Positions 35,202-45,160 of a DNA stretch of 64,000 nt are shown piece by piece. Below the pieces are notes generated by a model. That model made no database searches, had not been told where the DNA came from, and saw only the letters and a program-made list of their open reading frames with translations. Numbering within the stretch: the first letter of the stretch is position 1; the number at the start of each line of letters is the position of its first letter. Origin of the DNA: an uncultured Ignavibacteriaceae bacterium (GTDB lineage: Bacteria > Bacteroidota > Ignavibacteria > Ch128b); contig CAZGQO010000001.1 in NCBI GenBank assembly GCA_964527925.1, positions 397,742 to 461,741 of the forward strand, written 5' to 3'. The position numbers and the translations under genes were made by a program.

Positions 35202-35854
35202 GTGAAATGAAAAAATATACAGGAATAATTTTCGATATCGACGGAACATTAACATCAACCAACGAATTGATTTTTGCAACATTTAATCACATCGCCCAGA
35301 AATATGAAGGCAGAACTTATTCAGATGAAGAAATTATTGCGATGTTTGGTCCCACTGAAGATGTAATCCTCAAAGAAAAATTTAATGGAGACAAATTCAA
35401 AGAAGTGTATGATGAGTATTATAAGTTCTACCAGGAAAAACATCCACGAATGGCTGATCTCTATCCGGGAATTGTTGATATACTTAAAATGATTAAATCT
35501 AAAAATATTCACACTTCTATTTTTACAGGTAAAGGGAAAAAGACTACTACAATTACTCTGGAAATTCTTGGCATTGAAAAGTTTTTTGATTTGATAATAA
35601 CTGGTGATGATGTAAAAAATCACAAACCTAATCCTGAGGGAATTTATAAATTTTTAAATCACTTCAATCTACCTAAAGAGAAAGTTCTAATGGTTGGTGA
35701 CTCAGTTGCAGATATTATTGCTGCTAAAGAAGCAGGGGTAAATATTGCTTCAGTTGTGTGGGATTCTTATGCAAAAGATGAAGTCGTGAAATTAAATCCA
35801 TTGCATTTTGAGACTGTCAATTCTTTTCGTTCATGGCTCGAAACGGTTATTTAA
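35198..35854 (+). CDS. HAD-IA family hydrolase (phosphoglycolate phosphatase/PpaX-like)
   Basis: 218 aa with the FDIDGTL motif I, the TGKG motif II region and the GDSVADI motif IV. Its start overlaps the upstream stop as ATGA. Confidence 0.75.
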   Translation: MSEMKKYTGIIFDIDGTLTSTNELIFATFNHIAQKYEGRTYSDEEIIAMFGPTEDVILKEKFNGDKFKEVYDEYYKFYQEKHPRMADLYPGIVDILKMIKSKNIHTSIFTGKGKKTTTITLEILGIEKFFDLIITGDDVKNHKPNPEGIYKFLNHFNLPKEKVLMVGDSVADIIAAKEAGVNIASVVWDSYAKDEVVKLNPLHFETVNSFRSWLETVI

Positions 35855-35856
35855 AA

Positions 35857-35890
35857 AAAGAGGCCAGACTAAATCTGACCTCCAACATTC
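35857..35890. terminator. bidirectional rho-independent terminator between convergent genes
   Basis: AGAGGCCAGA-ctaaa-TCTGACCTC is a 9-bp stem with one mismatch and a 5-nt loop. It is preceded by an A7 run and followed by a T-rich tract (CATTCTTTTG). Confidence 0.55.
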
Positions 35891-35906
35891 TTTTGCATTA
35901 AGTGTT

Positions 35907-37247
35907 TTATTTTCTACCGCCAATGTTGAGTGGAAATACAAGAGATACTCTTGGTTCAATCCTTTTTTGTGTTTTGTAGCGTATTATATTATCATCCTTA
36001 TCATATTCGGGAGCAAATGTCCATTGATATAAAAACGAAACCAACAAATAGGTCAAAGGTTTATAACCGACCTCAGCTGTTAAAATTGATCTATCATCCA
36101 GAGTAAAAATATCTTTTTCATCTTCAATATTGATTTTATCATAGGAAGCTCTGAAAACATAACTTGCATTCTTAGGTGAAAGATCAGTTTGCAGTCTCAA
36201 AATTCCTGATTTCGAAATCTTATCATATCTTGAATAGGATCCTAAAATTTGAACGAAGTTCAATACATCAACCAGCAACTCACCATAGTAAGAATTTCCC
36301 ATTGAACGAGTTTGTTCAAGTACTTTTGCATTACTTGTTATAAACCCATTTGCTGAATCAACAATCAATCGCTTTACTTCGTAAACTTGATTGAAATATC
36401 TTGGAATGAATTGATCACCATTAAACCATCGCTCAAACTTCAGATCTATTCCAGCCAATCCAAACAAATTAAAGGCAAATCCAGCACCAATTGTCGCACC
36501 ACTTCCAAAGTCAATAATTTTTGTATAGTTTGAGTAAAGATTTACTCTAAGAATTTTTGTTTTGACGACTGGAAGTAAAGCATCAAGTCCTACTATAGAA
36601 ATGTTACCTTTGTCTTCAAGAACTTTCAATTTTTTAGTTGATGGATCAATAACAGCATTTGTAACTCCAGCATAGTCATTCAAATCAGTTGCTAAAGTTG
36701 CACCAACTTCGAGATTTCCAATGACAGGGACTTTTGCGAGATCAGTAAATTGAAGTGGTCTTGTATAACCTCTCAAACCTAATAAACCTTTTCCACTTAA
36801 ATCGCCATAAACTGACTCAAATCCAAATTTTCCAAAATCGATATCAAGCTCAACTCCAATTTTTCTGTTATCATAGGAAGCACGGTTGTTGTAGTAATAA
36901 ATTATGTTTCCCTGACCAAGAATTGCTCGATCCAATCCGCCCACTCTAATGTAAAATGGATCACCTTTATAACCATAACGCACATATTTAATCAAACTTA
37001 GATAATCAGAAAACGAATTAAATTCCTCATTTCTCAAGTTGAAATCTCTGTTGAAACGAAAATTTAAATCAAGTCCTACACCAAATTTCCCAACCGCAAT
37101 ATCAGGTGCAATGCTGAATAAATAATATGGCTCACCGTTAATATAGGTTAAACCTAATCCTCCCATAAATTGGTTTTGATTATTGAGGAAGGACTGAGTA
37201 AAAGCCTGTGCAGCAACAAATAGTATAACGAGTATACCTTTTCTCAT
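35907..37247 (-). CDS. secreted outer-membrane protein (family unassigned; last gene of the T9SS/EPS run)
   Basis: 446 aa with signal peptide MRKGILVILFVAAQAFTQ and a GGAG RBS. It is rich in alternating hydrophobic/polar Gly/Tyr/Asn β-strand-like segments. Confidence 0.5.
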   Translation of the reverse strand: MRKGILVILFVAAQAFTQSFLNNQNQFMGGLGLTYINGEPYYLFSIAPDIAVGKFGVGLDLNFRFNRDFNLRNEEFNSFSDYLSLIKYVRYGYKGDPFYIRVGGLDRAILGQGNIIYYYNNRASYDNRKIGVELDIDFGKFGFESVYGDLSGKGLLGLRGYTRPLQFTDLAKVPVIGNLEVGATLATDLNDYAGVTNAVIDPSTKKLKVLEDKGNISIVGLDALLPVVKTKILRVNLYSNYTKIIDFGSGATIGAGFAFNLFGLAGIDLKFERWFNGDQFIPRYFNQVYEVKRLIVDSANGFITSNAKVLEQTRSMGNSYYGELLVDVLNFVQILGSYSRYDKISKSGILRLQTDLSPKNASYVFRASYDKINIEDEKDIFTLDDRSILTAEVGYKPLTYLLVSFLYQWTFAPEYDKDDNIIRYKTQKRIEPRVSLVFPLNIGGRK

Positions 37248-37275
37248 TTTAACTCCTTTTTTTTTAAATTAATAA

Positions 37276-37943
37276 TTATAAGAGTTTTATGAAAAAATTA
37301 CTTAGTAAGATTGAACCTGGAAGTAAATAGTATTTGATGACTTTGAGTTAATCGGATAAAATAAATTCCACTTGAAAGATTTGAGTAATTAAAAATTATC
37401 GGCGTAGTGAATGTGATTTTACTGAAGATTTTTTTCCAAGGATGTTGTAAATTTCAAAATTCATTTCTCCCCTGAAATTATCATTTGGTCCATCGATTTC
37501 AATATTTTTTGATTTTAAATCATTCCGTAGGGAAAACTTGATTGGCGAATTATTCCCTTCATCGACAATTGATTGTTGATAAAAGATATGAATAGTGTCC
37601 GAATAAGCAAATGTCCCATCGTTATCGATTTATTTCAGTCGGTAAAAATAATTGTCTGTTGAAGGTAAGGTAGAGTCAACATAAACATAGTGCTTGGGAG
37701 AATTTGAATTTCCACTTCCGGGTACAAAATCGATTGAATTAAAAATCAAATTTCCATCACCACGTTGAATTTCGAATCCATAGTTATTGACTTCGGTTGC
37801 AGTCCCCCAACGCAATAGAATTCCATTGCTCAATGCAAAACCTTCAAAATATAATAATCAATTGGGAGAATATCATTCTTGATTTGACCATTTAGATTAA
37901 TCTGAAATATTAATCCCAGAATTAGTGTAATCATTTTATTCAT
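37276..37943 (-). pseudogene. decayed small secreted T9SS-CTD protein gene (frameshifts plus in-frame TAA)
   Basis: Its ATG overlaps the TGA of the upstream giant gene (ATGA). Frame A gives the signal peptide MNKMITLILGLIFQINLNGQ... and stops after 37 codons. A -1 shift in a T4 run restores ...FEGFALSNGILLRWGTATEVNNYGFEIQRGD...NYFYRLK. An in-frame TAA (expected CAA/Gln) is followed in frame by IDNDGTFAYSD...SPIKFSL...NFEIYNILGKK, a T9SS CTD start. The remainder of the CTD is scattered over other frames. Confidence 0.6.
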
Positions 37944-40900
37944 CTTACAATTGCCATTTTTTGAATGACTGATTTAGTTTTGTCACCTTTTTTTGCAATT
38001 ACTTTATATAAGTAAACCCCATTGCCCAATAAATCGCCATCTTCATCTCTTCCATCCCAGAAAATTTTGTTGAAGTTTGTAGTCAGATCAAAGGAGTTTA
38101 ATTTCAATTCTTTAACCATTCTTCCAGCGACAGTATAAATTTTGATTGTTAGTTCATCGGGAATTTGAGTTAAAACAAAAGTGAAATAAGTTTGATTAGA
38201 AAATGGATTCGGGAAGTTATAAACCCTCAGAATTTCCATATCAGCAGTCACTCTGAAATATTTATCGAGTACAGGCTCGGATTGAATTCGACCATAAACA
38301 TCTTTAGTAAATACTTTTAAGTTATGATCACCTTTTGAAAGTTTGACCGGATAAAGAATTGAAATTTTTCTAATTGTTGAATCGTGATCATAAACCAAAT
38401 TACTTGAATAAACTCTCGAGACATCGAGATAAATTTGAATTGCAGATGTATCAGTAACGGGGAACCATATTGGATAATTAAACTCCAATTGAATTGATGC
38501 ATCAGGTTCTACATAATCCCAATCACGAATTTCCTTGTTATTTATTTTCAAAAGAACAGATGCACTTGAAATTGAAGTTGTTGTATCCTTTTTTACATAG
38601 AAGTTCTTAATGTAAAAGTTATTGTTTTCAAATAATTCATTAATCTGATTATCAACATCAATAGATAAACGAAAACTAAATTCACCAAAGCCATCATAAA
38701 TCTTATTCATGTAAGTATGAGAAAGAGAGATAAAAGATCCCGAACTTAGATTTGAAATTAAAGTATCTATTAAAATGAAATTATAATTATCACTTTTGGT
38801 TAATTCAAGTAGAACTCTAAAACTATCAGTTATGGATTGACCAACATTGAAAATTTTAGCATAGTAGTTAATTGATTCTCCCTGAGAAATTGAATCTTTA
38901 TCCAATGAAATGGTCTGATAATTAACTGCCAGTTCTGGTGCAAGGTCGAATTCACATCCAAGTGAAAAAATTTCAGGGGTTTGTTTTGACTCGTTCGCAT
39001 ATAATTTTGCGATGAGTTTTAATGATGGATAGACTTTTGCATCAACAGATGATAGTGATATTGAATCTCTGTCAGTTAGTAAATTCCATAAAGTATCAAC
39101 TAATCCATCTTTTCTAATTCCTAATGGAAGATAAATTATTCTTGAATTTTCAGGACGCAAAGTTTCAAGCTTTATATATTTCCAGTTTCCCGAGTTTGAA
39201 ATAACAGGAAACACTACATATCCTGAATCAAAAGTCACATTTTTTGAAATCTCAATTTGTGCAACACCAGTGAACAATTTTTTAGAATCTTCAGGAACAG
39301 AACCAATTGGCGCACCTTTTTTACCAAGAATACACCAACTCTCACGATATTTAAGGCTGTCAATGTATTTGCTTCCTAACAGTTTGATAGTGTTCCTTAC
39401 ACTTGTGCTCATGATATTCTGTTGTGCATCCGCTGAAACTGTCATTGCAAGCAAGGTATTTGCAGGTAAGCTATTAATGTAATTGATTAACGAATCTCGA
39501 ACTCCAACATCTGGTACTTGAAAGTATCTTATATTGGATGGTCTTAAAGTAATCGAATCAATAATAGAAGTTGCAAGACCCCAATAGTAAGTATTAGGTA
39601 GTTGCTCATAACCATTCAATTGTATTGAACCGAATGAACCATCATGAGCACCTGCTGATTGAATTCTTAGAGTTGTTCTTTCAGAACTTAATTTCCAGCT
39701 CATTGAGACGGTATCAAAGTAAGTATTGTTATAAACAAAATCGGTTTTATTATCTAGTGGTCTATCAGTATAAATTTTATAGATAGGGAATTTTTGAATA
39801 AAAGATTTTGGCTTAGCCCAGTAAGAAGATAAATTATCAGTTCGCATTCGATAAAAATATCTTTGATTAGGTAACAAATTCGGTAGAGGAATTCTGGTAA
39901 TTAAAGAATCAAAATTTTTATAAACCCCAATGGGTTGCTCAAAATTTTCTGATGAAGATATTTCCAACAAAATTCTTTCATTATCATTTAATCGTCTAAT
40001 AAATGGATTCAATACAATTAATGTGTCCCGATATGTATTGTAATAATCAGATGCTTCAATTGAACTAAGTGAGGTTGAATTTATTACATAATCGAATTCT
40101 GCTAAATTATCATCCTCATAAATCTCATTGACTAAATTTTGCGGATCAAGTATAATTTTGATAATTCTGTTCCCAATGATATTATTCACAGGAATTGAAA
40201 TAAAAAGTGTGTCGAAATTTTTTGTAAAAGGAATATAAAATTCTGAATTGAATATAATTGAGTCACCCGAACTATCCTCTAATCTAATTTTGATCGAATC
40301 ACCAGTAACAATACCAAGATTCGAAACAATTACTCTGAATTTCACAGAATCCATTTGATCGTTAGGTTGGTCTGTTATCAAAGAAATTTTTGATTCATTT
40401 ATTGAAAGATTTGGTTTTTCTGGAATTGGAAAACCTATTATTGGATCCCCAAATAATAAATTACAATAAGTAAATACAAGATTTACATCACTTAAACCGG
40501 TCTCATTTAATTGTCTGAATTTCGAAAGTGTATGTATTCTTCCAATTGTTTTAATCGAATCTCTTAGTAATGCCTCATAGAAATATTTTGGAAATCTCAA
40601 TGATGTTGAAAGATATCCCCAACTTGAATTTCCCAGATAAGAGATTGCCTGTCCGTTCGGTGATTGACAGATAAAAATTTCTCCAAAAGCATCTACATCC
40701 GGTTCTGCAAATTTCCCTGTTGAACAACCAAAATCAGTTATAAGCGGGAATCTATCATTGTATTTATTTTTAAGATGTTCCACTTCAGAAATTGAATTAT
40801 CCCATGTCCTTGTTCCACTATGACCAATGTAAGAGATAAATAATCCTCCTTCATCAATTTTTTGTTGTACTTCTTCTAAAGTATAAAGACCAAAGTTTGT

Positions 40901-43321
40901 TGGAGGATTAAAAGTTTTATAGAAATGTGTTCCAAGTCCATATAAAGGTGAAGTTCTGACTAAATTATTTAACAAATAATTATTCGTTGCAATAATCTGT
41001 GCAACTTCATTGGGTTTATTACCATCCCCACCACTAAAGATCAAGAATAGTTTATTAAACTCGTCAAATTTTCTACTCACATAAGTCTGGTGTTTCTGAA
41101 GGTAGAAAAGAGCCTGATTATCGTTATTTGCTGGAATTCTTCCTACAAACATCTGTGGAAAATAAACATTGATTGTATCCCACATTACATACCATATATC
41201 ACTCACAGGAGAACCAAAAGCAGTAACAATATTTTTCTTTCTGGGAATTGGTGTGGGAGAAACAACATCTTTATAATCAAAATTTGCATCTCCAACAATT
41301 GTAAGGAAACTTGGTTTTGGTGGAGTCCAATTTTTATAAGCACTCATCAGAAAACTTTTAATTGCCTCAGCGGAAAGCATACCAAATGAAAATTCATCAT
41401 ATATATCTTCATCAAAAACAAGCTCAACTCTTACATTGTAATTATTTTGAATAAAATTTTTGTAAACATTCACTGAACTTTCTAAAATTTTATTTGATAT
41501 TAAAATGTAATCAGCTCCTCGAGAAGGATTCCTGAGGTTTGTAAAAGTTTTAAGCTTTTTGAAGATAGGTTGATTGGTTTTAGAAGATGTTGTTATGAAG
41601 TATTTATCACCACCTTTTATAGTATCAATAAAATAAATTGTAGATGGATTACTTCCTTGCACTTGAAAATTTACAAACTTTTTAAATTCAGGATATATCT
41701 TATAAACAATCAAGTTGTTCACATCAATAATATTATCAACTCTAATAACTCTTTCAGTTTGAAGTACTGAATCGGGAATTATTATCATCAAAGTATCATT
41801 AACAGCGATATTTCGTCTATAATAATCAACATCCACCCAGTCAATTAAAGATTGATGAAATGACGCTTCTGATGGTAATCCAAATATTCTGACTGTATTT
41901 GTTCCTTGAACAAGCTGGTTGGAACTAAATGTCTTTGAGAAGTTTACAGTTTGCTTGAAATTATAAATAATTGTGTCTTGAGATGTTGTGCTGTTTAAAC
42001 TTATTCCGTTTTTATGAGCACTCGTTCCACCACTTGATGCGTAACTAATTAAACGAGCTATAACATATACAGGTGAGTTGGTCAAAAAATCTCTGGCAGT
42101 AAATGTGACTGAAGTCGAACTAGAATTTTCAATAACCAACCATGTAAAAGTTTTATTCTCCTGCCAGAAAGGCAGCTGTACTCTCGGAACAACGGCATCG
42201 TAATACCAGAGTCTAACATCATTTTCAAGATGAATTTTTACTAAATGAGAATTGACCGTATCTGTTGAAGATGAAATATGAGTATTCACAAGATTTATTC
42301 TTTTCCCATCCGTTCCTCCCCAAGTTAACCAGACAATCGATGTATCTGTGTATCTATTTAAATATTGAATATAATCCTGCCCAATACCAACAATCTGTCT
42401 GTAATTCTGGTAAGTATAATTGCGTTCAGCATAAAATTCTATGTAATCACCAGGATTAAATTGTTCATCATCTTCACCATAAACAAAAATTAGCTGCTCT
42501 TTACCACGATTAAAAAGTTTGAAAGTTTTAGGATTGATGTTTGATAAATTTATTCCCCAACTCACTAAATCATCATAAGTTATCCTGTAAAGATTATCTG
42601 AAGCTATCGCAAGTTTTAGATATTGTTTAGAATAATCTATCCAATTCCCTGTTGTATCGTTTGAAGTAAGATGTGGATTAAAAGATTTATACTTAATTGC
42701 ATCGTCAAAATTTATAATCACATCTCTTAACATTTCATCAAATGGAGTCAATGGATTATTATTTCTGGGATATGGTTTATTTGCATCAACCATTTTTACA
42801 CTTATTATGCATGAATCAATTATAACGAGTTTTTTCTCTGAGATTGAATATCGATGTGTGTTTAATTTGATTACTGCCACATAAAAATCTCGTATCCATG
42901 TATAGCCTACTAATTCAATTTCATTTTCAGGATAGAACGATTTATAAAATAAAGATTCATCAAAATTTGTTGATGCATATCTAAGGGTCGAATCATTTTC
43001 TAACTCAACTTCAGGATTTGTTGCTAAGAGAACATTTTCTTTTTCGGTTGTGAATTTTTCTGAGATGGATATATCAATTTTTGCTTCAGGAGGAATAGCG
43101 AGGTAAAATACTCTTGATGGAAGCTTTGGCAACCCTGGTTTTGATTCGTCTAACTGATAAATGAAATCGATTAGTTTGTAACCGTCTTTATCAGATTCGA
43201 TATATGCTTCTGCTGAGTTTATAAATTTTAATACAAAACCTTCCTCATTCTTGCTGATAATTTTCGTCTGGCTAAATAAAACAGCAGGTAAGATCAACAA
43301 AATCAGTGATAAATTTCTCAT
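37940..43321 (-). CDS. peptidase C25 (gingipain/PorU-like) family protein with T9SS C-terminal sorting domain, 1793 aa
   Basis: Signal peptide MRNLSLILLILPAVLFSQ. A caspase-like His/Cys dyad sits in C25-type context and spacing (SYIGHSGTRTWDN ... LITDFGCSTGKFAEPD, about 32 residues apart, encoded near 40700-40830). The C-terminal 90 aa (NFPNPFSNQTYFTF...KIYTVAGRMV...GVYLYKV...KMAIVR) are a canonical T9SS CTD. Confidence 0.75.
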   Translation of the reverse strand: MRNLSLILLILPAVLFSQTKIISKNEEGFVLKFINSAEAYIESDKDGYKLIDFIYQLDESKPGLPKLPSRVFYLAIPPEAKIDISISEKFTTEKENVLLATNPEVELENDSTLRYASTNFDESLFYKSFYPENEIELVGYTWIRDFYVAVIKLNTHRYSISEKKLVIIDSCIISVKMVDANKPYPRNNNPLTPFDEMLRDVIINFDDAIKYKSFNPHLTSNDTTGNWIDYSKQYLKLAIASDNLYRITYDDLVSWGINLSNINPKTFKLFNRGKEQLIFVYGEDDEQFNPGDYIEFYAERNYTYQNYRQIVGIGQDYIQYLNRYTDTSIVWLTWGGTDGKRINLVNTHISSSTDTVNSHLVKIHLENDVRLWYYDAVVPRVQLPFWQENKTFTWLVIENSSSTSVTFTARDFLTNSPVYVIARLISYASSGGTSAHKNGISLNSTTSQDTIIYNFKQTVNFSKTFSSNQLVQGTNTVRIFGLPSEASFHQSLIDWVDVDYYRRNIAVNDTLMIIIPDSVLQTERVIRVDNIIDVNNLIVYKIYPEFKKFVNFQVQGSNPSTIYFIDTIKGGDKYFITTSSKTNQPIFKKLKTFTNLRNPSRGADYILISNKILESSVNVYKNFIQNNYNVRVELVFDEDIYDEFSFGMLSAEAIKSFLMSAYKNWTPPKPSFLTIVGDANFDYKDVVSPTPIPRKKNIVTAFGSPVSDIWYVMWDTINVYFPQMFVGRIPANNDNQALFYLQKHQTYVSRKFDEFNKLFLIFSGGDGNKPNEVAQIIATNNYLLNNLVRTSPLYGLGTHFYKTFNPPTNFGLYTLEEVQQKIDEGGLFISYIGHSGTRTWDNSISEVEHLKNKYNDRFPLITDFGCSTGKFAEPDVDAFGEIFICQSPNGQAISYLGNSSWGYLSTSLRFPKYFYEALLRDSIKTIGRIHTLSKFRQLNETGLSDVNLVFTYCNLLFGDPIIGFPIPEKPNLSINESKISLITDQPNDQMDSVKFRVIVSNLGIVTGDSIKIRLEDSSGDSIIFNSEFYIPFTKNFDTLFISIPVNNIIGNRIIKIILDPQNLVNEIYEDDNLAEFDYVINSTSLSSIEASDYYNTYRDTLIVLNPFIRRLNDNERILLEISSSENFEQPIGVYKNFDSLITRIPLPNLLPNQRYFYRMRTDNLSSYWAKPKSFIQKFPIYKIYTDRPLDNKTDFVYNNTYFDTVSMSWKLSSERTTLRIQSAGAHDGSFGSIQLNGYEQLPNTYYWGLATSIIDSITLRPSNIRYFQVPDVGVRDSLINYINSLPANTLLAMTVSADAQQNIMSTSVRNTIKLLGSKYIDSLKYRESWCILGKKGAPIGSVPEDSKKLFTGVAQIEISKNVTFDSGYVVFPVISNSGNWKYIKLETLRPENSRIIYLPLGIRKDGLVDTLWNLLTDRDSISLSSVDAKVYPSLKLIAKLYANESKQTPEIFSLGCEFDLAPELAVNYQTISLDKDSISQGESINYYAKIFNVGQSITDSFRVLLELTKSDNYNFILIDTLISNLSSGSFISLSHTYMNKIYDGFGEFSFRLSIDVDNQINELFENNNFYIKNFYVKKDTTTSISSASVLLKINNKEIRDWDYVEPDASIQLEFNYPIWFPVTDTSAIQIYLDVSRVYSSNLVYDHDSTIRKISILYPVKLSKGDHNLKVFTKDVYGRIQSEPVLDKYFRVTADMEILRVYNFPNPFSNQTYFTFVLTQIPDELTIKIYTVAGRMVKELKLNSFDLTTNFNKIFWDGRDEDGDLLGNGVYLYKVIAKKGDKTKSVIQKMAIVR

Positions 43322-43351
43322 TCACTCCTCCTGAAATCTGATATATTAAGA

Positions 43352-44059
43352 TTACCTTTTTATTATAAAAAAGAAAATCCTCAAAAAAAATAGAGGGATG
43401 CCAATAAAATATCGAACAAAATATCTTTCAGGGCTTTGAATTAATCTAAACAACCATTCTAATTGAAATTTTCTAATAATTTTTGGAGAACGCTTTTGAT
43501 AACCAAGATAGTAATTCATCAAATTACCGACACAAATAAATTTTTTATCTGGAAATGATTTGAATAATTCATAAGCTGTAAATTCTTGCTTCGGTACTCC
43601 CATTCCAATTATAACAACATCTGATTCATTATTAAACAGTAACTCCTTTATTTCATTTGTGTTTTCAAAATAACCATGATAGTAATTTTCAATGTTTAAG
43701 AATTTTAACCTACAATCATTCATAAATTTTTCACGATTGAAATCTCCTCCAATAAAAATAAATTTTCGGTTCATTGTTTTTAATCTATCTATAATAATTG
43801 AATTAATCTCTGTTGCGTCAATTCTATCAGTTTGTTTATTCAAGACCTTCAAAAATAAATACATGCCAATCCCTTCCTGAAACACAAAAAAATTCTTAAG
43901 TAAATTTCTGTAATTCTTATCTTCATGGGCAACATTAAAACAATGCTGATTAAAATAAGTGACTAAATAACCTTTTGAATCCGTTAATATCTGAGTAATG
44001 ATTTCTTCGAGTTTGCCTCTCGTTAAAATTAATTGATTAATTAGTTCACTCATCTTCAT
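43352..44059 (-). CDS. WecB/TagA/CpsF family glycosyltransferase
   Basis: 235 aa with the GMGVPKQE and EWLFRL..SPERYFVRY motifs characteristic of WecB/TagA N-acetylmannosaminyl-type transferases. Confidence 0.65.
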   Translation of the reverse strand: MKMSELINQLILTRGKLEEIITQILTDSKGYLVTYFNQHCFNVAHEDKNYRNLLKNFFVFQEGIGMYLFLKVLNKQTDRIDATEINSIIIDRLKTMNRKFIFIGGDFNREKFMNDCRLKFLNIENYYHGYFENTNEIKELLFNNESDVVIIGMGVPKQEFTAYELFKSFPDKKFICVGNLMNYYLGYQKRSPKIIRKFQLEWLFRLIQSPERYFVRYFIGIPLFFLRIFFFIIKR

Positions 44060-44083
44060 AGATTTAATGATAGGGAATTTTAT

Positions 44084-45160
44084 TCATTTTTCATTCAGAA
44101 GTTGTGTATAGATTTGAACCAATTTCACTATGTAGAATTCTGGTTCTGGGAGGCTAAAAACTTTGGTTCGTAAATTCTCACCAAAAGATGAATAATAATC
44201 CACTGGTTTCTTCATCAAATCCCTAACAACTTTTTCTAATTCTTTTTCATCTGGATTAATTAAAAAGCCATTAACTCGATCCTCAATAAATTCTGAAATT
44301 CCACCAGTTTTTCCACCAATAAAAATTTTACCAAAATATCCAGCTTCTAACATTGAGTAAGGGAACGAATCCATTCTTGATGGCTGAACAACATAATCAG
44401 CCAGTCGATAAAAAGCGGAAATCTCTTTTTGTGGTTCAATTAAAATAATCGATGAATTGGAAAAGTTTTTTTGGAGTTTTGAATTAATGTCCGTGATTAA
44501 GATCACTTTTAAGTTTGAAAATTCATCTGAGAGTTTTGAAAACACATTCAATAAAATATCAACTCCTTTGTCTTTGTGAAATCTGCCAACAAATAGAAAC
44601 ACTCGGTCATTATCTCTGATTCTTAATTTTTGTCTCAGATCTTTTTCATTGACTTTACTTTCAATCGAACCAAAAGAAATTGGATTATAAATCTGAATTA
44701 TTTTATCAGGATTAATTTTATAATTAGAAATAAGACTTTGCTTAACTGCGTTACTAACAGCGATAATTTTATCAGACTTAAAACTTAACCATCTGAAACC
44801 CTTTACCAAACTATGAACTGTTGCAATTGTCTTAATATTAATTTGGTTCTTCAAAAGATTTGCAAGCAATTCAGGATAACGGTGATGTGTGTGAATAATT
44901 TGAATTTCATTTTCGATACATATTTTCTTCAAGTCTTTTAGATTTTGATTCAAATAGAAAATATTATTAATCCCAGTTTTGAAATTCAAAATAAATGGTT
45001 GAATATCAAGATCTTTCAATCTTTCCAATCCATCACCACCATTAGTTAGAAAATAAACTTTAATATCCTGTCGCTTTTTAAATTCAGAAAACAATAAAAG
45101 TAAATACCTACTCACTCCCCATGTGTAGTTAAAATAAGGAGAGATATGAAGTACATTCAT
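44084..45160 (-). CDS. glycosyltransferase family 4
   Basis: 358 aa with a GT-B fold C-terminal domain carrying an E-x7-E-like region (EAGYFGKIFIGGKTGGISEFIEDRVNGFLINP). Confidence 0.65.
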   Translation of the reverse strand: MNVLHISPYFNYTWGVSRYLLLLFSEFKKRQDIKVYFLTNGGDGLERLKDLDIQPFILNFKTGINNIFYLNQNLKDLKKICIENEIQIIHTHHRYPELLANLLKNQINIKTIATVHSLVKGFRWLSFKSDKIIAVSNAVKQSLISNYKINPDKIIQIYNPISFGSIESKVNEKDLRQKLRIRDNDRVFLFVGRFHKDKGVDILLNVFSKLSDEFSNLKVILITDINSKLQKNFSNSSIILIEPQKEISAFYRLADYVVQPSRMDSFPYSMLEAGYFGKIFIGGKTGGISEFIEDRVNGFLINPDEKELEKVVRDLMKKPVDYYSSFGENLRTKVFSLPEPEFYIVKLVQIYTQLLNEK

